Of a stretch of 64,000 bases of DNA, positions 1 to 11,102 are shown one piece after another; the stretch's first letter is position 1; each line of letters begins with the position of its first letter. The stretch comes from Vulcanimicrobiota bacterium (GTDB taxonomy: Bacteria > Vulcanimicrobiota > Vulcanimicrobiia > Vulcanimicrobiales > Vulcanimicrobiaceae), in the NCBI GenBank assembly GCA_963723515.1, contig CAVRQT010000002.1:608001-672000 (forward strand), written 5' to 3'. A model generated the notes under the pieces. It saw only the letters and a list, made by a program, of their open reading frames with translations. It had not been told where the DNA came from and did not search any database. Position numbers and translations under genes: made by a program.

Positions 1-960
1 CGTGCCGCGCCTGAAGCGTTGGTTGCAGATCTTCACACACCCGGTGAGCGGGTGCTGGCGGCTCGCGGGGGACGCGGCGGATTAGGAAATCAGCATTTCG
101 CGACCAGCGCTCGCCAAGCACCGCATTTTGCCGAGAAAGGCGAGCCAGGCGCATCGTGCAGGCTGCGGCTGGAATTGCGGCTCTTGGCCGACTGCGGCAT
201 CGTCGGTGTCCCGAACGCTGGGAAGTCGACGCTGCTCTCGGCCGTCTCTTCGGCGCATCCCAAAGTCGCGGATTATCCTTTTACTACACTCGAACCACAG
301 CTCGGCGTCGTGCGCGTATCGGATGATGAGTCGTTTGTCATGGTCGACGTTCCCGGCCTAATCGAAGGAGCCCATCTCGGCGCCGGTCTTGGAGACCAAT
401 TCTTACGGCACGTCGAGCGCACGCGCGTGCTGATCCACCTTCTTGATGGGGCGAAAACCGCCGCCGGCGTGATGCACGACAAGGCGACGATCGAAGCTGA
501 ACTCCGCGCTTGGAATCCAAAATTGCTCGAGCGCCCGAGTGTGCCAGTGCTTTCGAAGCTCGATCTTCCTTCGGCGCGCGAGACGCTCGATGAACTTCGC
601 CCGCAGATTCCCGGCCTGCGAGGTATCTCGGCAGCGACCGGGGAGGGCGTCCAAGAGCTGATCTATTCGGCCGCCCAAATCATTGCCTCCGCGCCCCCGC
701 CGCAAATCGCAACGCCGCACCCACGCATCATTCTGACGCCGAAAGAAGCATTTCACGTCGAAAAGCAAGCCGGAGGCTTCGTCATCACGGGCGAACGGGT
801 CGAGCGCCTCGCCGCGATGACGAACTTCGATTCCGATGAGGCGCTCGTTCGATTCGAGCAAATCCTCGCGAAGATGGGCGTTGAGCGCAAGCTGCGGGAG
901 CTAGGCGCCGTGGAGGGGGATACCGTTCGCATCGGACCCATCGAGTTCACCTACTCATGA
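1..960 (+). CDS. obgE: GTPase ObgE/CgtA, 5' end outside the window
   Basis: GGRGGLGN Obg fold end, GVPNAGKS P-loop, YPFTT, DVPG; C-terminal [15 protein letters not shown] extension typical of Terrabacteria Obg. Confidence 0.97.
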   Translation, partial: RAAPEALVADLHTPGERVLAARGGRGGLGNQHFATSARQAPHFAEKGEPGASCRLRLELRLLADCGIVGVPNAGKSTLLSAVSSAHPKVADYPFTTLEPQLGVVRVSDDESFVMVDVPGLIEGAHLGAGLGDQFLRHVERTRVLIHLLDGAKTAAGVMHDKATIEAELRAWNPKLLERPSVPVLSKLDLPSARETLDELRPQIPGLRGISAATGEGVQELIYSAAQIIASAPPPQIATPHPRIILTPKEAFHVEKQAGGFVITGERVERLAAMTNFDSDEALVRFEQILAKMGVERKLRELGAVEGDTVRIGPIEFTYS

Positions 961-1571
961 AGCTTGGCGTTTTCGGCGGCACGTTCGATCCGATTCACAA
1001 CGCGCATCTCTTCGTAGCGGAGGCGGCGCGCACGCTCGAAGAGCTCGATCGGGTGCTTTTTGTGCCGACCAACGCCGTGCACTACCGCGCGCAGGCGATT
1101 GCGAGCGCTTCCGATCGTTGCGAGATGATCGCCGCGGCGATCGCCGGCAATCCGTACTTCGCGCTCGATCGCAGCGAGCTCGAACCTGACGCTACCGGCT
1201 TTACCGCCGATCTGCTGCCGGGTCTGCGCGAGCGTTATCCAGAGGCGCGCTTTACCTTTATCCTCGGCGCCGATTCACTGGTGAACGGTAATTGGGTGCG
1301 CTTGGATGAGATCATCGAAGCACTCGAGCGCTTCGTGGTCGCGCCGCGAGCCGGCATTAGCGATGACGTTCTCACGCGAACGATTTCGGCGATCCCGACG
1401 ACGCTTCGAACCCGTGTCGCGACACTGAACCTCCCCGAGCTGCCGGAATCCGCATCGCTGATTCGCAAGCTGATCGGTGAAGGCAAGACGTTTCGTTATC
1501 TCGTTCCGGAGCCCGCGTGGCGCTACATCGTCGAGCGCGGTTTGTATGGTACGGCAGATGAATCGCGATAA
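957..1571 (+). CDS. nadD: nicotinate-nucleotide adenylyltransferase
   Basis: [14 protein letters not shown] motif, ILGADS, SASLIR, and position after obgE. Confidence 0.93.
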   Translation: MKLGVFGGTFDPIHNAHLFVAEAARTLEELDRVLFVPTNAVHYRAQAIASASDRCEMIAAAIAGNPYFALDRSELEPDATGFTADLLPGLRERYPEARFTFILGADSLVNGNWVRLDEIIEALERFVVAPRAGISDDVLTRTISAIPTTLRTRVATLNLPELPESASLIRKLIGEGKTFRYLVPEPAWRYIVERGLYGTADESR

Positions 1572-1956
1572 AACGATCTTGCTTTCGGTCGCAATGGCCC
1601 TTTCAGGCTGCCAAGCCGCCTCATCAACACTCGCCGACGCCCAACGCGTTTGCGCGAGCGGCGCCTCGCATACCGAGGTGCACATTTCCGGAACGGTTGC
1701 GCGCTATCTGGGAACGCGTTCCTCCGAAAGCGGCGAGCACGAGGGTTTCTTAGTGCGAGCAGCCGGCTCAACGACGAACGTGCTCATCGAAGACAACGTC
1801 GACATCACCGGCTTCATTCCGATGCGCCGCGGCGATCTCGTGGAGTTGCAAGGGCAATATGAATGCAACGACGGTGTCATCCATTGGACGCATCACGATC
1901 CGTCGGGCCGCCACGCCACTGGTTACCTTGTTATCAATGGGCGTCGATTTCAGTGA
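1558..1956 (+). CDS. DUF3465-like putative lipoprotein
   Basis: ATG at 1558, lipobox-like LSGC, C-terminal GVIHWTHHDPSGRH motif. Confidence 0.7.
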   Translation: MNRDKTILLSVAMALSGCQAASSTLADAQRVCASGASHTEVHISGTVARYLGTRSSESGEHEGFLVRAAGSTTNVLIEDNVDITGFIPMRRGDLVELQGQYECNDGVIHWTHHDPSGRHATGYLVINGRRFQ

Positions 1957-2552
1957 AAAGAGAAATCGTTTTGGCAAGCGCATCGCCGCGTCGCTTGGAA
2001 TTGCTGCGCTCTATTGGATTTGAGGTGCGTGTCGTGCCGAGCCGTTACGATGAACCGGCACGCGATGATCTCACGCCGCGCGAGCTTGCGATCGTGCATG
2101 CGCGGGAGAAGGCGCGCGACGTTGCGCTACGTTTGCCCAAAGCACTGATCGTTGCTGCCGACACCGTCGTGGACCTCGACGGGAAAGCGCTCGGGAAACC
2201 GAAGGACGCCGCCGATGCGCGGCGGATGCTGCGCGCGCTCTCCGGTCGCGCCCACGACGTCCATACCGCCTTCACCGTGATCGATCCGACATCGACGATG
2301 CCGCAACATGGGATCGAAACGACGCGGGTTTGGTTCTACGATCTGAGCGCTGAAGAGATCGAGACCTATGTCGCTACCGGTGACCCGCTTGACAAAGCAG
2401 GCGCCTACGGCATCCAAGGAACCGGCGCAACACTCGTCCGGCGAGTGGAAGGCGATTTTTACACCGTGATGGGCTTCCCGCTCGGACGTTTCACGCGCAT
2501 GCTCTCGGGGTTGGGTTTGTCACCGAACGGAGCGAAACAGACTAGTTCTTAA
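1953..2552 (+). CDS. maf: Maf family nucleotide pyrophosphatase
   Basis: GTG at 1953 overlapping the upstream stop; LASASPRR, ADTVV, DKAGAYGIQG motifs. Confidence 0.95.
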   Translation: MKREIVLASASPRRLELLRSIGFEVRVVPSRYDEPARDDLTPRELAIVHAREKARDVALRLPKALIVAADTVVDLDGKALGKPKDAADARRMLRALSGRAHDVHTAFTVIDPTSTMPQHGIETTRVWFYDLSAEEIETYVATGDPLDKAGAYGIQGTGATLVRRVEGDFYTVMGFPLGRFTRMLSGLGLSPNGAKQTSS

Positions 2553-2573
2553 CCAGCGACTTTAGCGAGGCTG

Positions 2574-3380
2574 ATGTTTACCTACCGGGAAGAACGCCGT
2601 CTCTTTGCGATCCTGAGCCTGATCATCGTCGCGGCGTTGGTCGCATTGATTCAGGTTGGTGCGGCCCGCAACGGCACGGTCAGCCCCCTTTCCGCAGTCG
2701 TCGATTCAGTTGGCGCGCTCTTTGAGGCGACGATCGGTTCTGCGGCGATCGCAGCGCGTGGTGGTATGGAAACGCTCGCGCGAACGCCGCACCTGCTGCG
2801 AGAAAACACGCAGCTAAGAGCCCAAAACGCCCATCTGAACCGCGAGAATGCGCAACTGCACGAAGCGCTGGCCGCGGCGGTTCAACAACAGAAAATGGCG
2901 CCGCTTCTCTCTGCTGAACCACATGCGATCTCCGCGCGCGTTATCGGCTTTCCCCCTGAAAACGAGGTACAAAGCGTCACGATCAACCGCGGCGCGCGCG
3001 ACGGTGTCCATCGCGACGACGGCGTCGTCAATGGAGACGGCGTCGTCGGCAGAGTTGCAGAAGCCACGCCGTTCGTCAGCAAGATTGTCTTGATCAGCGA
3101 TTATACGAGCAGCGTGCCTGCGATGATTGAAGGCGGCCGTTGGTGGGGCATTGCCAAAGGAAACATCTCGAGCGTGCGCATGGAGTACATCGCGCAAGAC
3201 GCACCGATTCAGGTCGGCGACCGCGTCGTCACCGGAGAAGCGCGATCGTTTCACTCCGGTCAACTGATTGGAACGATCGAGCGGATCGAACGCAGCCCGA
3301 CCGGACTCTATCAAACGGCGATCGTTCGTCCGGCCGCAGACTTAAATAGTCTTGACCGTCTTGCAGTTATCCCGAAGTAA
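2574..3380 (+). CDS. mreC: rod shape-determining protein MreC
   Basis: N-terminal TM helix, coiled coil, INRGARDGV...GVVGRV beta domain; maf-mreC-mreD-mrdA order. Confidence 0.92.
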   Translation: MFTYREERRLFAILSLIIVAALVALIQVGAARNGTVSPLSAVVDSVGALFEATIGSAAIAARGGMETLARTPHLLRENTQLRAQNAHLNRENAQLHEALAAAVQQQKMAPLLSAEPHAISARVIGFPPENEVQSVTINRGARDGVHRDDGVVNGDGVVGRVAEATPFVSKIVLISDYTSSVPAMIEGGRWWGIAKGNISSVRMEYIAQDAPIQVGDRVVTGEARSFHSGQLIGTIERIERSPTGLYQTAIVRPAADLNSLDRLAVIPK

Positions 3381-3897
3381 GTCGAACGCATCTGCGTACG
3401 ACGGCCCTTCGTGGCAGCGGGCGGCGCTCTATCTCGCCCTTGCGCTCGTCGCGCAAGTCACGCTCTTGCATTTTTTCACGTTTCGCGGGGCGTCCGTCAG
3501 CGTCGTGCTCATCGCGGTCATCTGGTTTGCGATCTTGGCAGACGCGCGGCGCGCGACTATTTACGGCTTTTCCGCCGGCTTCTGTGAAGACATGCTGTCG
3601 TGGGGAACCGGGGGAGCGTGGACGATCTCAACAACGATCACCGCCCTTGTCGCCGCCACGCTTTCGCGCGCATTCTTCGCGGACTCGATTCCCCTCGTCA
3701 CCGGAATCGTCGTCGTCTCAACGCTCGTGCGCGAGCTGATTTTCTGGACCGTGATGAAGTTGCAGGGATTTCCGTCAGGTCTCGGAGTGCTGCATTTTCA
3801 TCAAGCCCTTTGGCAAGCGATGCTCAACGCAATCTTCGTCATCGCCGCCATGCTCATCTATCGCTATAAGGAGCATCTCAAGCTCCGAACTGCATGA
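3352..3897 (+). CDS. mreD: rod shape-determining protein MreD
   Basis: Hydrophobic multi-TM protein between mreC and mrdA with GFSAGFCED motif; start uncertain. Confidence 0.85.
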   Translation: MTVLQLSRSKSNASAYDGPSWQRAALYLALALVAQVTLLHFFTFRGASVSVVLIAVIWFAILADARRATIYGFSAGFCEDMLSWGTGGAWTISTTITALVAATLSRAFFADSIPLVTGIVVVSTLVRELIFWTVMKLQGFPSGLGVLHFHQALWQAMLNAIFVIAAMLIYRYKEHLKLRTA

Positions 3898-5729
3898 TAA
3901 ATCAGCCCGCGTACGATGCGCCATGGCGCGCCGTCGCCTTCATCATCGTGGTTATCGTTATCGTCTTTGCTTTGATCGGCCGGCTGATTGCGGTGCAGAT
4001 CGTTCAAGGCGAAGAGTTCCATCGGCTGGCGACGCTCAACCAGATCCGGCTCATTCCCGTGCCTGCGCCGCGCGGCATCATCTTCGATCGTAACCATCAC
4101 GTACTCGTGCGCAATCGCCCATCCTTCGTCGTTGGCCTGATCCCATCAGAGGTGACGGACGCGGACCGCGAGTTAAACGCGATTGCGGCATCGCTCGGCG
4201 TTCCGGCGATGCGGTTATGGGCTCACGTATTGCATCATCGCGGCGTAAATTATCGGACGTTCGCCGAGGTCGCGGCGTACGAGCCGTATGGCCCCGTGAT
4301 TCTGGCGTCGGATCTCTCTGTTGCGCAAGCCGCCAAGATCGCTGAGTTGCAAAACGACTTGCCGGGCGTTGATCTCGAGGCGCAAGCGGTGCGTTCCTAT
4401 CCAATGGGAACGCTCGGTTCGCACCTCTTCGGCTTCGTTGGGCAAATTGCCGAAAGTGAGTACCGCGAGTTGCGCGCGGAAGGCTACTCACCGAACGACG
4501 TGATCGGCAAAGACGGGCTTGAAGCGAAGTACGATCGGTATCTGCGCGGCTCGCCGGGCGGAGAGCAGATCGAGGTCGATGCTTCGGGGCAAGTATTCAA
4601 ACATCTCGCGCGGCGGCCGTACGTACCGGGCGATAGCCTTATCCTTTCAATCGATTGGCGCTTGCAAAACATCGCCGAACACGCGCTTGCGAACGGCCTT
4701 CGTTCGTGGGGCGGTGGGCGGCGTTTGGGAGGCGCCGTCGTTGTCGAAGATCCCTGGAACGGCGGAATCTTGGCGCTTGCGAGCTTTCCGAATTTCGACC
4801 CGAATGATTTTGCCGTTTCCATTTCGCCGATCAAGTTTCAGCACTACATCAGCGATCCGAAACGGCCGCTCTACAACCGCGCGATCGGTGCGGCGACGCC
4901 GACTGGTTCGACATTCAAGATGGTGACCGGGTCGGCGGCGCTTTCGGCACACGTCGTGCGCGTCAACGAGGTCGTGTATGACAGCGGCGCATGGAATTGC
5001 GGCGGTGCGCTGTTTCAAGATCTCGCCGCCGGCGGTCTCGGCAGCACGACGTTCATTCCGGCGCTGGCCGCTTCAAGCGATGGCTACTTCTATCAGATGT
5101 CATGGCGCTTGGGCAACGCGCGGCTGCGAAAATACGCGCTCGAATACGGCCTGAACAAACTTTCCGGTGTTGACCTGCCGGGTGAGTATGAGGGAAACTG
5201 GCCGACGGATGCGTGGTCGCGCAAAGCGTTCGGGGTTCCCATGGAGCCCAGCGACGTCTGCAGTTTAGGGATCGGACAAGGCGCGATGCAAGCCACACCG
5301 CTGCAGATGGCCGACATCGTCTCGACCGTGGTCAACGGCGGAACCTTGTTCCGGCCGCATGTCGTCAACGAGATTCGCGATGCTGCCGGACATCTTGTGA
5401 AGAAGATCGAGCCAGTCGTCAACAATCATGTCCCAGTCACCGCAGAAGCGCTAAGCGCGGTTCGCGCCGGCATGGCAAAGGTGACCGACCCCGGCGGAAC
5501 AGCGTACGGATTAGCGATCGATGGGCTGCCCTTCGGCGGAAAGACGGGAACGGTCGAAACCGACAACGGCCGCGGTCCGAACACAACGTGGTTCGTTGCG
5601 TACGCGCCTGCGGCGCATCCCAAAGTGGCCCTCGCGGTCTTCGTTGAGCGCAGCGGCGGGTACGGCGCACAAGTCGCGGCGCCGATCGCACGCGAGATCA
5701 TGGTGGAATACTTCGGAAAGAAAGGCTAG
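3894..5729 (+). CDS. mrdA: penicillin-binding protein 2
   Basis: APRGIIFDRN dimerisation domain; STFK (SxxK), SSD and KTGT transpeptidase motifs. Confidence 0.95.
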   Translation: MINQPAYDAPWRAVAFIIVVIVIVFALIGRLIAVQIVQGEEFHRLATLNQIRLIPVPAPRGIIFDRNHHVLVRNRPSFVVGLIPSEVTDADRELNAIAASLGVPAMRLWAHVLHHRGVNYRTFAEVAAYEPYGPVILASDLSVAQAAKIAELQNDLPGVDLEAQAVRSYPMGTLGSHLFGFVGQIAESEYRELRAEGYSPNDVIGKDGLEAKYDRYLRGSPGGEQIEVDASGQVFKHLARRPYVPGDSLILSIDWRLQNIAEHALANGLRSWGGGRRLGGAVVVEDPWNGGILALASFPNFDPNDFAVSISPIKFQHYISDPKRPLYNRAIGAATPTGSTFKMVTGSAALSAHVVRVNEVVYDSGAWNCGGALFQDLAAGGLGSTTFIPALAASSDGYFYQMSWRLGNARLRKYALEYGLNKLSGVDLPGEYEGNWPTDAWSRKAFGVPMEPSDVCSLGIGQGAMQATPLQMADIVSTVVNGGTLFRPHVVNEIRDAAGHLVKKIEPVVNNHVPVTAEALSAVRAGMAKVTDPGGTAYGLAIDGLPFGGKTGTVETDNGRGPNTTWFVAYAPAAHPKVALAVFVERSGGYGAQVAAPIAREIMVEYFGKKG

Positions 5730-6127
5730 TCGATCAGTGAGAGGAGTTCCAGCAACTCCTTAGAGCGCTCGGCATCGGCGGCCGATGCCGCATAAGACTG
5801 AACATCGGCAATGTGGCCGGATCGCGCGAGTGCATGCGCGGCGGCGAGCGAGACGGTTGCCGAGGGATCCGCTAGCGCATTCACGAGCAGGCGGCGCGAA
5901 CGTTCGTCGCCGAGCTGCCCTGCGGCGAAGATCAGATCGCAGCGCGCCGGTTCGTTCAGATGACCGAAATCGTCGCCGGCTTCTTTGATCCAATCGACGC
6001 TGACCCCAGGCGAACGATCCAAGAGGCCGCCGCACGCAGGGGTTTGCGGACGACGACGGACCATCATGAAAAGGTAGAGGCACGCAAGCACGGCGATCAG
6101 CAAAATGAGCGCCGTGAGCTCGAACAT
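5726..6127 (-). CDS. membrane-anchored HEAT-repeat-like protein
   Basis: N-terminal hydrophobic helix; LVNALADPSATVSLAAAHALAR resembles a HEAT/PBS repeat. Confidence 0.6.
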   Translation of the reverse strand: MFELTALILLIAVLACLYLFMMVRRRPQTPACGGLLDRSPGVSVDWIKEAGDDFGHLNEPARCDLIFAAGQLGDERSRRLLVNALADPSATVSLAAAHALARSGHIADVQSYAASAADAERSKELLELLSLID

Positions 6128-6138
6128 CAGTTAGCTTC

Positions 6139-9100
6139 TTAGACGGCGGCGGTAAGACCGGCTATCGCATCTTCGAAGGCGGCGTCCAGACGGGCATCCG
6201 TTTGAGTGAGCGCCTGACGGAAGCTTTCCGGCGAGAGCGACGCAAGACGCTCAAACTCTTCGACCAACGCCGACCGGTAGGCGCGCAGAGACGGTGGCCC
6301 TTCCGGCATCATGAAGGCGAGTAATTGCCAGGGTGGCGCCGTGCACAGCTGCGCTTCGCGAACCTGCGCTGCGATTTGCCGTGCACCGCCAACATCAATC
6401 GTGCCGGAGAGCACGACCTCGCCCTCCGCCGGCGGTGCGCCGGATGAGCCATCGTGAAATTGGTCGACTAACTCGAGCAAGGCGCGGCGCATAGGCATTG
6501 CCTCGATGTCACGCGCTGCCACGCTATAGAGCGGCAGCCGCAACTTGATGAACAATCGATCGAGCGTATCGCGTAACTGGATGCGTTGATCCTCGAGTGC
6601 GTTGCGCAGCAGTTCTCCGCCGGAGATCACAGTCGGAAAGAACGCTCGAATCGCAAAGAGATGCGAGAGGAGGCTACCGAAGCGCGCCTCTTTCAGAAAA
6701 CGGAGCGTCTTTTCGAAGCGCTCGGCACGAAAGACACAGGCACTCGCGAGCTCCTCTTGTTCGCCGTGCGACTCCGTCGTAACGCTGCCGTTGGGCCGCA
6801 ATTGCACCTCGTGCGTTTGCGTCGCCGAGCCGTCTTCTAGACTGTGCTGCGCGGCGGTCAGCCAATAGGTTTGCTCGGAGACCGGCATCGCGGGCGGAAG
6901 TTGAACGAAACCTTCGCCGCCATCCGGCAGCGCACGCACGCCGCCGCTCGCGGTCGGGCCCAAGATGCCGGTCAAGCCGAAGGGCAGCCCCGAGATATTG
7001 TCGGCAAAGACCGCGGTTGCTCGCACCTTGAGTTCGCCGGAGGAAAATTCATCATGCCGTCCGTTGTCGTAACGAACGTGGGCGATCCGCACAATCGACT
7101 CGCCAGCCGGCAACCCGTTGTGGACGACCTCGCGCCAGGTAATGTGCGCCTCGACGCCCGGCTCCGCCTCATTGAGAACGATGCCGTCATCGCTCACCAA
7201 CGGCGATACACTGCCCACATCGCGCACCGGAACCCCGCTGACGGCGGTACTGTTCGGCACGTAAATCAATGCGTCCGACGGCTCGACACTAACTTGGACG
7301 CGTCGGGCTGTTCCATCGCCGCCGTTATGGACATGCAGCACATATTCGACTGTCTCACCAACGTCGGCCAGGTCCGAAGGCACGGAGCGCAGGACGCCGA
7401 CACTAAAGTCAGGCTCGGACGCCGTGGCGATCTGCACGGTTTGCAACTGCACCGGCAAGATGCCCGCGGCGGACAGTACCGCATCCAAACGCATGCGATC
7501 TTCGCGCGCAAAGGTGCGCAAGAGACGCAAGCTCAGCCGCGCCTCAACGGATCGCCCAGCAGCAATCTCGCCGAAAAACAGTACATTCTTTTTCCGCGTT
7601 GCGCCGTCGACGCTATCGATTCGTAACTCCGGCGACATGACGAGGCGCAAGCGAACGTCGTGAGCGGTATCGGTTCCTTCATTTGCGATCCGTACGTATG
7701 CATCGGCGATCTGATTTGGCCGCAAGACCTCGTCATTCACTAATGCGATCGTCGAGCGCTGATTGCTGAACCGCGGATGTGAATCAACGCGGAATGCCGC
7801 CGTGCCGAGCGATGTTTCACCGAGTTCGAGGGTGTGCAACGTCGCCGAGAGTTCAATCGGCACGCCATCCGCATATGGTGCACGAACGCGTCCTCGCACA
7901 CCAAAGCGACGGCTCGCGTACGCCTCGACGCGCTCGATCTCAAGCATGTTGTTCTCAAGCGCGAGATTTTCGCTCTTCTCTGAAAGCTCGATCCCCTCCA
8001 ATGCCGGATCGACCTGCAACTCTAAAACGCAGTCGGTGGCGGCGGCCGGTCCATCGTTTTGCAGATCGATGAGCGCTTCGATTTCCTGTGCGGGCTGAAC
8101 GCTTGGTGAACCAACGCGCTTTATATTGGCGCGCCGGGGATCGAAATAGGGTTGTGAGCGCACGGTGAGTATCCGCTCGAAACTTCGCTCGCCGCCGTCC
8201 CAAGCGAGCGTTACGCGAACCGGAAGCGGCTTCGCGTTCTCCTGCGGGGACACGACGGTCACTTCGGCCATAAAATCGACCGCCGCTTCGGGTTCGACCG
8301 GCCCCAGTTCGTAGGAGCCAAGCTCTTTACGGCGGTCCCGGAGGGGCCGGCCGTCCAGCCGCCCGGAGCCTCGAACCAACAACAGACCTTCCGGCAGCTC
8401 AAGCGTAATTTTCGCCCATCGCGTTCCCGTCGTGCCGCAGTTGGCAGCGTGCATGTGAACGCCGACCCGTTGTCCGGGCTGAACTTCCGTAGGCGGTTCG
8501 ATTGTGAGTTGTGTTTGGTCGTCGTCGAACCGCGGCGCCGAAACGACTTGGAGCGATGCGGCCTCGAGATCGAAGCCAGGCGTCTCTTGCGATGCGACTG
8601 AGGCACGCGCGACGATCATCGTACCGTTTTGCAAATGTTCGTCCATGCGCACGCGATAGGTCAGCGTTGAAGTCGCGCTCGCTTGCAGAAGCGGTGCAAT
8701 GACCGGAGCGTGAATGCGATCGAACGGCACGCGCAAGTCGGGCTCGATTTCATGACCGTTGAGGCGTGCAGAATTTGGAACGTACGTCGCGTGCGCGGGA
8801 ATCGGGGCTACGACAACGACATCATGCGCGCTCGATTCGCCTGCGTTATGCAAACGTAAGGTGACAACGGCTTCCGCGCCCGGACGCGGTTCGTGTCGCG
8901 GCTCGATCGCGATCTTCGTCGTCGGGTTGTCGAGCACCGGACGAGACCGGACGAGGAGGCGCACGATGTTGGACCCGACCGGCGGAATCTCAAATGCGGC
9001 CACCGCGGCTTGCAAGTCGATGGCCGTGCCGTTTTCAATTGCACCGGTGATAATATAAGAGAGATCCACGCGCCGCTCTTCACCGGGCGCAACGTCGCCG

Positions 9101-9381
9101 ACATGTGCACCGTTGCGTGATAGTAACGGACAACTGGCCTGCTCTTCGGGCAACTGCTGTCCATCGATTCGAGCGCTACCCACCAGATAGACCAGTCCGT
9201 CAGGAGCATTCATGCGCACGCGCACGCCGCTGGCAACTGCGCCGCCTTGATTGCGGAACGTGAAGGTTGCGCGTACTGTCGTTCCAGGTTCAACTTCGCG
9301 TTCAGGAGAAACGACGAGCGTCCGAATACCTTCAGGAAGAGTCGGTGCTCCGGGCGTGAAAATTTCCGTCAGCGTTCGCAT
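6139..9381 (-). CDS. large protein with six DUF11/Ig-like repeats
   Basis: Six repeats of P-G-x-V-x(5-6)-N-x-G-x3-A...YVPNS type; likely ATG at 9381 because the longer ORF start overlaps the divergent gene. Confidence 0.75.
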   Translation of the reverse strand: MRTLTEIFTPGAPTLPEGIRTLVVSPEREVEPGTTVRATFTFRNQGGAVASGVRVRMNAPDGLVYLVGSARIDGQQLPEEQASCPLLSRNGAHVGDVAPGEERRVDLSYIITGAIENGTAIDLQAAVAAFEIPPVGSNIVRLLVRSRPVLDNPTTKIAIEPRHEPRPGAEAVVTLRLHNAGESSAHDVVVVAPIPAHATYVPNSARLNGHEIEPDLRVPFDRIHAPVIAPLLQASATSTLTYRVRMDEHLQNGTMIVARASVASQETPGFDLEAASLQVVSAPRFDDDQTQLTIEPPTEVQPGQRVGVHMHAANCGTTGTRWAKITLELPEGLLLVRGSGRLDGRPLRDRRKELGSYELGPVEPEAAVDFMAEVTVVSPQENAKPLPVRVTLAWDGGERSFERILTVRSQPYFDPRRANIKRVGSPSVQPAQEIEALIDLQNDGPAAATDCVLELQVDPALEGIELSEKSENLALENNMLEIERVEAYASRRFGVRGRVRAPYADGVPIELSATLHTLELGETSLGTAAFRVDSHPRFSNQRSTIALVNDEVLRPNQIADAYVRIANEGTDTAHDVRLRLVMSPELRIDSVDGATRKKNVLFFGEIAAGRSVEARLSLRLLRTFAREDRMRLDAVLSAAGILPVQLQTVQIATASEPDFSVGVLRSVPSDLADVGETVEYVLHVHNGGDGTARRVQVSVEPSDALIYVPNSTAVSGVPVRDVGSVSPLVSDDGIVLNEAEPGVEAHITWREVVHNGLPAGESIVRIAHVRYDNGRHDEFSSGELKVRATAVFADNISGLPFGLTGILGPTASGGVRALPDGGEGFVQLPPAMPVSEQTYWLTAAQHSLEDGSATQTHEVQLRPNGSVTTESHGEQEELASACVFRAERFEKTLRFLKEARFGSLLSHLFAIRAFFPTVISGGELLRNALEDQRIQLRDTLDRLFIKLRLPLYSVAARDIEAMPMRRALLELVDQFHDGSSGAPPAEGEVVLSGTIDVGGARQIAAQVREAQLCTAPPWQLLAFMMPEGPPSLRAYRSALVEEFERLASLSPESFRQALTQTDARLDAAFEDAIAGLTAAV

Positions 9382-9466
9382 AGAATAAGGGTCCACAAAA
9401 TTCGCCGGAGAGGATGCCCTACCTTGACGCCCGGCGGTCTCTCTTGACGGTACATAAAGGAAGATT

Positions 9467-10665
9467 ATGGCAGCCATCGCCCCCTCCGCCGACCGGATTT
9501 GCGAAGCCGTATCACGCCTCGGAAGCGAAACGGCGTTCGAAGTACTCGCTCGGGCTCGTTCACTCGAAGCGCTTGGCCGCACGATCGTGCACATGGAAAT
9601 CGGTGAACCCGACTTCGATACGCCCGAACATATCAAGGAAGCCGGCGTCGCTGCGATCCGCGAAAACTACTCCCACTACACGCCTTCGGCGGGCATTCCT
9701 GAGCTGCGCGATGTGATCGCCGGATACGCATCACGCTTTCGCAAAATGCCTGGCGCGTTCAAGCGCGAGAACGTCGTTGTTGGCCCCGGCGCAAAGCCGC
9801 TGATTTGGAACACGCTGTGCGCGCTCTTAAGTCCGGGCGACCAACTGGTGTACGCTGATCCGGCGTATCCCGCATATGCCTCATGTGCCAGCTACTTGCA
9901 AGCCGAGCGTGGCGCCGGTTCCGCTCCTCGAGAGCACGAACTTCCGCCTCGATCTCGACGAACTCGAGCGCAAAGTTTCCGATCGTACGAAAGTGCTCGT
10001 CGTCAATACACCGCACAATCCGACGGGCGGCGTGCTTTTGCGTTCAGACCTTGAACGAATTGCCGCCCTCGCGAAGCGCCATGATTTTCTCGTCCTCTCA
10101 GACGAGATTTACAGCCGCAATTTCTATCAAGGCGAATTTCTTTCGATCTCCGAGCTTCCCGGAATGCGCGACCGAACCGTGATCGTCGATGGATTTTCGA
10201 AAGCATACGCGATGACGGGGTGGCGTCTTGGTTACGCGATCATGCCGGAGAACTTGGCGCCGGTCGTGACGCTCTTCAACAACAACACGTTTTCGTGCGT
10301 CGCGACGTTCGTGCAGATGGCCGGCATTGCGGCGTTGCAAGGCCCCGACGATCCGGTGCAACGGATGAATGAGACGTTCCGCGAACGGCGCGATCGCTTG
10401 GTAAACGGGCTGAATCGGATTCCCGGTGTTTCGTGCAAGATGCCCGAGGGCGCTTTTTACGCCTTCCCAAACATCAGCGAAGTAAGCCGCGACGATAAGC
10501 GCCTCGCGCGCTACATGCTCGAGGAGGCCGGGCGTCGCCTGTTTAGGCGGCTCTTCGTTCGGGAAGGCCGGTGAAGGTTATCTGCGGTTCAGCTACGCTA
10601 CCTCGATCGAGCAGATCGACCTCGCGCTGGAGCGCATCGCCGAACACCTCCCCCGCTTTGAATAA
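9467..10665 (+). CDS. PLP-dependent aminotransferase class I/II, with two apparent frameshifts near 9905 and 10530
   Basis: IGEPDFDTP, NTPHNPTG, SDEIY, GFSKAYAMTGWRLG and GYLRFSYA motifs spread over three frames. Confidence 0.9.
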
Positions 10666-10693
10666 CTCAACGCTTCATGAGATAAGGTTACAT

Positions 10694-11044
10694 ATGCAAG
10701 TTCGCGGAATCGACGCCACCTATTACACGGTCAAGAACCTGGATCGAGCAACAGACTTCTACAAGAAGCTCTTGGGTACCGAGCCCACAATGCACCAGCC
10801 GAACTTCGTCAGTGAATGGACGTTCGGCGGTGGAGAGACGTTCGGACTCTATCAAACGACGGCGGAAAATTTCGCGCCTGGCGGCAGCGCGATGTTTGCG
10901 GTCGACGATGTTGCGGCAGCAGTGAAAGATGCGCAAGCGCACGGCTTCAACGTGAACAGCGAAGTCACCGATACGCCCGGCTGCCACATGGCCTTCGGCG
11001 AAGATCCCGAAGGCAATCAGTTCATCTTACACAAGCGCAAATAG
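10694..11044 (+). CDS. VOC/glyoxalase family protein
   Basis: VKNLDRATDFY, FAVDDV, DPEGNQF motifs. Confidence 0.88.
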   Translation: MQVRGIDATYYTVKNLDRATDFYKKLLGTEPTMHQPNFVSEWTFGGGETFGLYQTTAENFAPGGSAMFAVDDVAAAVKDAQAHGFNVNSEVTDTPGCHMAFGEDPEGNQFILHKRK

Positions 11045-11102
11045 GGAATAGGTTCAGGCGGTAGTCCCCGCTCTCACACTGGGACGGTCGCAAATTTCTA
11101 GA

